Source: Desulfomonilaceae bacterium (lineage in GTDB: Bacteria > Desulfobacterota > Desulfomonilia > Desulfomonilales > Desulfomonilaceae). From it: a DNA stretch of 64,000 bases. How positions within the stretch are numbered: the first letter of the stretch is position 1; the number at the start of each line of letters is the position of its first letter. The notes under the pieces were generated by a model. It searched no databases, was not told the origin of the DNA, and saw nothing but the letters and a program-made list of their open reading frames with translations. Below are positions 59,061 to 64,000 of the stretch, in pieces. Both the position numbers and the translations under genes were made by a program. The DNA lies in assembly GCA_041740635.1 (NCBI GenBank), contig JBGSLQ010000034.1, positions 5,726 to 69,725 of the forward strand. Direction: 5' to 3'.

Positions 59061-60734
59061 ATGCTGAGATATCTGAAAATAGCGAATCTTGCCATTATCG
59101 ATAACGTCGAAATCGAATTCGGCGACGGGTTTAATGTACTCACGGGAGAGACAGGGGCAGGAAAATCGATCCTGATCGGAGCACTCAACCTGCTGTTGGG
59201 CAGCCGCGGGTCCGCGGAACTCATCAGGACGGGAGAAGAAGAAGCTCACGTTGAAGGATTGTTCGAGATTTCCCGGGCATCATTGCCCGACAATCTGCAG
59301 GAAGCAATCGGATCCGGTGAATTTGTGCTTTCCAGGAAAATTGCCCGGTCCGGTCGTTCCAGATGCTGGATTAATGGAAATCTTGCCAGTGTCGCCATGC
59401 TTCAGAGCATCGGCTCATCTCTTGTCAGCATATTCGGGCAACACGATCATCGCGTGCTTCTTGACCCGGATGAGCATATCGACATTCTGGATCGGTATGG
59501 AGCGCTGGAGAAGCAGGTCGAAGAAGTTGCCGACCTGCACTCGAGATGGAAGAAAGCGGAAAAGGACGTGGATGCGGCTCTCGGGCGCCTGGAAGAGCTA
59601 AAACGTGAATCCCGTGAAAATGCAGATTCTGTAAAAGAATTATCACAGGCCGGTCTCAAAAATGGTGAGGAAGAAGAGCTGACGCAAGAACGGGACACGC
59701 TGAAAAAAGCCGTTCAGATTCGAGAAAAGGCATTTGAAGCATACCAGGTCTTGTACGGAAAATCCGGCAGCATACTCGAGAACCTTTCCGACGTGAAGCG
59801 GGCAACGGATTACCTTGCCTCCACAAGCCAAAAATTCGAAGCTCTCCGGGAGAATCTTCAAGACGCCGTGTACCGCTTGGACGACGTTGCCCTGGAGCTT
59901 CGCGACATAGCCAAGAACTTCTCCGCGGACCCGGCCCGCCTGGAAGCCATAGAAGAAAGATTGGTTGCACTGAGACGTCTGAAAAGGAAGTACGGCAGAG
60001 ACATCCCCGGCCTGATTGCGCTGTTGGAATCCCTTTCGCAAGAGGAAGGAAATCTCCTGGACGCCCAGGATCTGGTGAACAAAACCAGAGCGGCAGCCAC
60101 TCAGTTCCATGAGGATTATCTTAAAGCCGGAAAAAATCTTTCCACATCCCGTAAAGAGGCGGCATCGCAGCTCGAAAAGGCTATGGGACAGGAATTGAGT
60201 GAACTCGCAATGCCGGAGGCGGTCTTTTCGGTGGAGTTTCAACCTCTGGAACGCGACCGGTCTTCACAAAAAGGTCTCGAAAGCGTAGAATTTTTTCTCG
60301 CATCCAATCCGGGTGAAGCTGCAAGGCCCCTTGCACGGATTGCCTCAGGTGGCGAACTTTCGCGTATCATGCTGGCTCTGAAGGCTTTGCAGGCAGATGG
60401 ACAGGGTGCATCAACAGTGATATTCGATGAAGTGGACGCGGGTATCGGTGGTAATACCGCGTTTGCTGTCGGCTCAAGACTCGCGCGAGTGGCCCGGCGG
60501 CAGCAAGTGCTCTGTGTAACTCACCTGCATCAGATAGCCGCTCTGGCGAATCGTCATTTTGCAGTACAGAAGCACGTGAGTGAAGGACGTACCCAGATCG
60601 ACGTGAAGAACCTCGATTCTGAAACCATACCTGTGGAACTCGCGAGAATGTTGGGTGCCGGTTACGATCCCGAATCTGTAAAAGAGCATATAAAGAAACT
60701 CATGGAATTTCGGAGCATGGAGAATTCGCAGTGA
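59061..60734 (+). CDS. recN: DNA repair protein RecN
   Basis: TGETGAGKS, SGGELSRIMLA, IFDEVD, VLCVTHL. Confidence 0.97.
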   Translation: MLRYLKIANLAIIDNVEIEFGDGFNVLTGETGAGKSILIGALNLLLGSRGSAELIRTGEEEAHVEGLFEISRASLPDNLQEAIGSGEFVLSRKIARSGRSRCWINGNLASVAMLQSIGSSLVSIFGQHDHRVLLDPDEHIDILDRYGALEKQVEEVADLHSRWKKAEKDVDAALGRLEELKRESRENADSVKELSQAGLKNGEEEELTQERDTLKKAVQIREKAFEAYQVLYGKSGSILENLSDVKRATDYLASTSQKFEALRENLQDAVYRLDDVALELRDIAKNFSADPARLEAIEERLVALRRLKRKYGRDIPGLIALLESLSQEEGNLLDAQDLVNKTRAAATQFHEDYLKAGKNLSTSRKEAASQLEKAMGQELSELAMPEAVFSVEFQPLERDRSSQKGLESVEFFLASNPGEAARPLARIASGGELSRIMLALKALQADGQGASTVIFDEVDAGIGGNTAFAVGSRLARVARRQQVLCVTHLHQIAALANRHFAVQKHVSEGRTQIDVKNLDSETIPVELARMLGAGYDPESVKEHIKKLMEFRSMENSQ

Positions 60735-61186
60735 TTCGAAAAGCCCAGCTTTCGGACATGAAAGTCATTCATCAACTTATTATGGAGCAGGCCAAATTCG
60801 GCCACATCCTGGCGCGAGCTATCAGCGATCTCTATTCCCAGGTGAGGGATTTTTCAGTATTAGTCGATGATGCGACGGGTGAAATACTCGGCTGCGGTTC
60901 GCTGCATGTTGTGTGGGAAGATCTTGCGGAAATACGGTCTCTTGCGGTAAAATCATCACACCAAAGTCGCGGACTTGGGACACTTTTGATAGATTTTCTA
61001 CTTAAAGAGGCGAATGAATTGGGAATTAGCCGCGTATTCGTCCTGACCTACCGGGTTACGCTTTTCGAGAAGCTCGGTTTTTCGGTTATGGATAAGAGTC
61101 AGCTTCCTCACAAAATCTGGGCAGATTGCATCAAGTGTACGAAATTCCCGGAATGTGATGAAGTCGCGCTGGTGAAAATTCAATGA
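60731..61186 (+). CDS. GNAT N-acetyltransferase (short ArgA / amino-acid acetyltransferase type)
   Basis: LAEIRSLAV...RGLG, LPHKIWADCIKC. Confidence 0.9.
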   Translation: MIRKAQLSDMKVIHQLIMEQAKFGHILARAISDLYSQVRDFSVLVDDATGEILGCGSLHVVWEDLAEIRSLAVKSSHQSRGLGTLLIDFLLKEANELGISRVFVLTYRVTLFEKLGFSVMDKSQLPHKIWADCIKCTKFPECDEVALVKIQ

Positions 61187-61734
61187 TAACGATACGGGAG
61201 ACAGAATCCATATTCCGGCACCAGCGGCAATTCGACAGAGCAACAATGCTGTCCTCAGTATGGAGACCCATTGCCAGGCTTACCGCGTTGACCATTTGCC
61301 TTGTTTGGCTCGGAGGTTGTGGAGTCATAAATGTCGGAAAATGGAAGGGTATTGAAAGTACCTCGAAAGATGAAAATTATTACTTATTGAAAGATGCATT
61401 CCTCACGGCTGGTTCGGCAGCTCTTCCCAAAGAGAGCTTCGATCACACCATGAATGATATGGTGACTCTGATATTCATTCCTAAAAATGAAAGAAATGAA
61501 TACGTTGCCGAGACCCGATGGATCGATCCCAACGATCAGGAATACCGAGTGCTTCGCACTTCCTTTGATGTCAAGAAGGAGGGAAGGGAAGGCATAGACA
61601 GGCGCAAGGAGGGCACTCCTCGCATGCACGCCATGCCCACCAGAGAGCTTGCGGCCCACAAGAAAGGTTTGTGGAAAGTAGCTTTGTATATTGACGATAA
61701 GCTGGCTCGACGACTCTCCTTTTCCATTCGTTAG
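61183..61734 (+). CDS. Hypothetical lipoprotein (paralog 1)
   Basis: Hydrophobic stretch with LGGC lipobox; C-terminal GLWKVALYIDDKLARRLSFSIR. Confidence 0.75.
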   Translation: MITIRETESIFRHQRQFDRATMLSSVWRPIARLTALTICLVWLGGCGVINVGKWKGIESTSKDENYYLLKDAFLTAGSAALPKESFDHTMNDMVTLIFIPKNERNEYVAETRWIDPNDQEYRVLRTSFDVKKEGREGIDRRKEGTPRMHAMPTRELAAHKKGLWKVALYIDDKLARRLSFSIR

Positions 61735-61857
61735 GCCAAACTCGACGAACGTGCTGCAATAATGTTAAGATTAACCGCTCAAAGCTTTCACCAGTCGAGG
61801 CCATGTCCAGCAGCGGATTGAATGGTCTTTTTCGAGAAGCCGCATGCTTGCTAAAGA

Positions 61858-62397
61858 TTGTGTCGAAAAAGGGAGCGTACTGGATTGCAGAAACCTCGCG
61901 ATACAATAAAATTCTTATCTGGTAACCAGATTATAATAAGATCTGGAAGCATTATTGTTTGTCTGCTATTTCTTGCCGGTTGGGACGCTTTTAATTGCGG
62001 AAAACCGCAGTGGATAGAGCCTACCATCAGATCCGAGCGTTATTTTCTCCTGAAAAATGCATATTTTACGGCCGGTTCGGCGGCTCACCCTAAGCACAGC
62101 TTCAATCATACTATGCACGAGACCGTGAATCTGGTATTCGTCCCAAAAAATGAACGTAACGAATACGTTGCCGAAAGCCGATGGTTCGACCCAACCAATC
62201 AGGAATTCAGGACGATTCGAACAAACTTTGATATCAAGAGAGAGGCAAAAGCGGGAATAGAAAGGCGCAGGGACGGCACTCCCCGTGTACACAGTATGCG
62301 GACGAAAGAACTTGCGGCTCACAAAAAAGGTTTGTGGAAAGTGGTCCTGTACATCGACGATCAGTTGGCCCGACAATTAACTTTTTCAGTCAGGTAA
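61858..62397 (+). CDS. Hypothetical exported protein (paralog 2 of 61183-61734)
   Basis: Gap-free alignment with paralog 1 over ~118 aa (e.g. PKNERNEYVAE, ELAAHKKGLWKV); start uncertain. Confidence 0.75.
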   Translation: MCRKRERTGLQKPRDTIKFLSGNQIIIRSGSIIVCLLFLAGWDAFNCGKPQWIEPTIRSERYFLLKNAYFTAGSAAHPKHSFNHTMHETVNLVFVPKNERNEYVAESRWFDPTNQEFRTIRTNFDIKREAKAGIERRRDGTPRVHSMRTKELAAHKKGLWKVVLYIDDQLARQLTFSVR

Positions 62398-62644
62398 AAG
62401 TCTGAAGTTCCGCAGTTCGCCATAATGCAGGGGGCCGATTTTCCAGAATGCCGGCTGTGAATAATTGTCTGGTTTGTTGCATTTTTGAGGAGTTCGCCGC
62501 AGCAACGGCAAACAGTAGCACGCAAGCGGCTCACGGTTTTGTTTGCATCCGTACTCCGGCTTGCAAGAGAACACAGGAATTGGTAAGATATAATCCAAAA
62601 TGAAGTTTAACTCCGGAGGCTTGGTGAAAATTACCCGAAACAAT

Positions 62645-64000
62645 ATGAAGCTAGTACTGCTTGGACTTATTTGTTTGAGCATTTGTTTTGCAAAGCCGGT
62701 TTTCGGAGACCAGCTCTATGCGCCCGAATACCTCTGGGCCAAGGGCATCGATTCAAAAACCGAGGCCGTAGAAATCGTCGATACTCATGTGGGAATCCCC
62801 TACAGAGACGACGGTGCACTGAACGACAAGGGTTATTTCACCTCGTTCGATCGCCCGGACCGTTTCTTTACTACCCCTGGACTGAACTGCAGCGGTCTCG
62901 TGGTATCTGCTTCTCGTTTTCTCTTTGATAAGAACTTCACTCTGGCGGAGGTTACCCGCGATCGACTCGGTAACAGCGGTAATAATTCCCCAATGGGAAA
63001 AGATTGGGATTTCGGCTGGGATTTAATTCTCAATCTGAGTGATGGCAGGCAACCCAAAGTCGTGATGCCCGACGGAAAGGATTATCCGCTGGAAGGCGCG
63101 GATGGCATGAATCTCAGGGGATTCGATCTCCAGGATACGTCAGCGTGGAAAAGAGTGAACGGCCAGATGCGGCCCGGCAATGTTTATTTCGGAAGCATCA
63201 GCCGAGCCGGCAATGAAAGGCCGTACAAAATACTGCATTATCACGTTGTTATGATGATCCCGGATGGCAGAGGCGCTGTATGGCTGTATCATGCGACTCG
63301 CAGGAGCAGTGTTCATAAGATGAACGTCAACACCGCCCAGGGACTGAATCGTTTCATGAGCCAGTTCAGAGGCTCCCGGGGCGATGAAAAGATGATTTTG
63401 GTTGTCTCCGCGGTCCTGCCCACCATAGGGCAGGAAACAGTTACGGATGTGCCTACGCCTGCTGCAGGAGAAACAAGCACTGCTCAGCAGCTTCAGCCCG
63501 GGACTGCAACGGCCAAATTGGAGCCGCCCGACACGAACCACGATACCGCCACGACATCCGAAGAAGAGGAACAGGCGCCGCCTCCTCCCCCACGGGAACC
63601 TGAAAAGAAGGGACCGGAAATCGTCATTAATCATTTGGCGGGCAAGGTATTCAAAGTATTTCCTGACCTCAATGGTTCTATCCCCAAATTTGCGGACGAT
63701 GCAAAGCAGGCGTTGAGCTTTCGTTTTCAAAATCACGGAAACGCTTCCAGGAAAATCGAAATCATCCTGCAAGGCCCTCGCGGAAATGCTCAGTATTCGG
63801 GCAACCTGGAAAATACTGCAGACGAATTGAACGTCGTGTACCCCAGAGATTTCACGAATGCAGAACCCTCAACCAGCCAGGGCGAGTACCTCGTAAATGT
63901 GAAAATCGATGGTGTCCAGTGGCTGGCCAACGCTTTTGAAGTCGCAATGCCCAGAGAGGCTCAGCCTAAAATAACCAGTGTGAAGGTCCCGAACACCGTA
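62645..64000 (+). CDS. Secreted NlpC/P60-like (papain-fold) protein with Pro-rich linker and Ig-like domain; runs off window end
   Basis: Manual translation from ATG 62645 is open to 64000: signal peptide, GIPYRDDG, GLNCSGLV, LHYHVVMM, WLYHA, then a TTSEEEEQAPPPPP linker. Confidence 0.75.
   Translation, partial: MKLVLLGLICLSICFAKPVFGDQLYAPEYLWAKGIDSKTEAVEIVDTHVGIPYRDDGALNDKGYFTSFDRPDRFFTTPGLNCSGLVVSASRFLFDKNFTLAEVTRDRLGNSGNNSPMGKDWDFGWDLILNLSDGRQPKVVMPDGKDYPLEGADGMNLRGFDLQDTSAWKRVNGQMRPGNVYFGSISRAGNERPYKILHYHVVMMIPDGRGAVWLYHATRRSSVHKMNVNTAQGLNRFMSQFRGSRGDEKMILVVSAVLPTIGQETVTDVPTPAAGETSTAQQLQPGTATAKLEPPDTNHDTATTSEEEEQAPPPPPREPEKKGPEIVINHLAGKVFKVFPDLNGSIPKFADDAKQALSFRFQNHGNASRKIEIILQGPRGNAQYSGNLENTADELNVVYPRDFTNAEPSTSQGEYLVNVKIDGVQWLANAFEVAMPREAQPKITSVKVPNTV

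Noticed and set aside
62500-62545. GGCAAAC...ACGCAAGC resembling a c-di-GMP-I riboswitch
   Set aside because: Only 6 nt separate the two motifs, leaving no room for the P2 stem with its GNRA loop.

Overview
Chromosomal window from an anaerobic deltaproteobacterium. Gene content and protein families suggest Desulfomonile or a relative; this is inference, no search was run. The left part carries housekeeping and metabolic genes (tRNA-Ile2(CAT), Nif3, zinc-ribbon protein, glgB, sigma-54-type amt) mixed with lineage-specific secreted proteins. It also has two ~24-repeat ankyrin proteins flanking a PAS-LuxR regulator and a class III PHA locus (phaE-phaC-tandem GAF-phaJ plus a divergent phasin-like gene). 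The centre is a visibly AT-richer Wzx/Wzy exopolysaccharide cluster (29.2-43.7 kb) with a divergent PilZ-PAS-LuxR regulator and a hybrid histidine kinase, ending at tRNA-Thr(CGT). The most striking structural signal is an exact 47-bp copy of the tRNA-Thr 3' half (anticodon stem to CCA) at 28922-28968. It lies in INVERTED orientation on the upstream side, so the 20.5-kb EPS/regulator block is bracketed by inverted att-like cores. The right part has a small accessory patch (ART-fold-like ORF, REP-like palindromes, methyltransferase), then uvrB, ybgC-like, rarA, nadK, recN, a GNAT, two tandem paralogous exported proteins and a truncated NlpC/P60-like protein. Several families of short palindromic intergenic repeats are present, including a ~160-bp nested cruciform found in three places. 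No integrase, transposase, CRISPR array or rRNA was seen.
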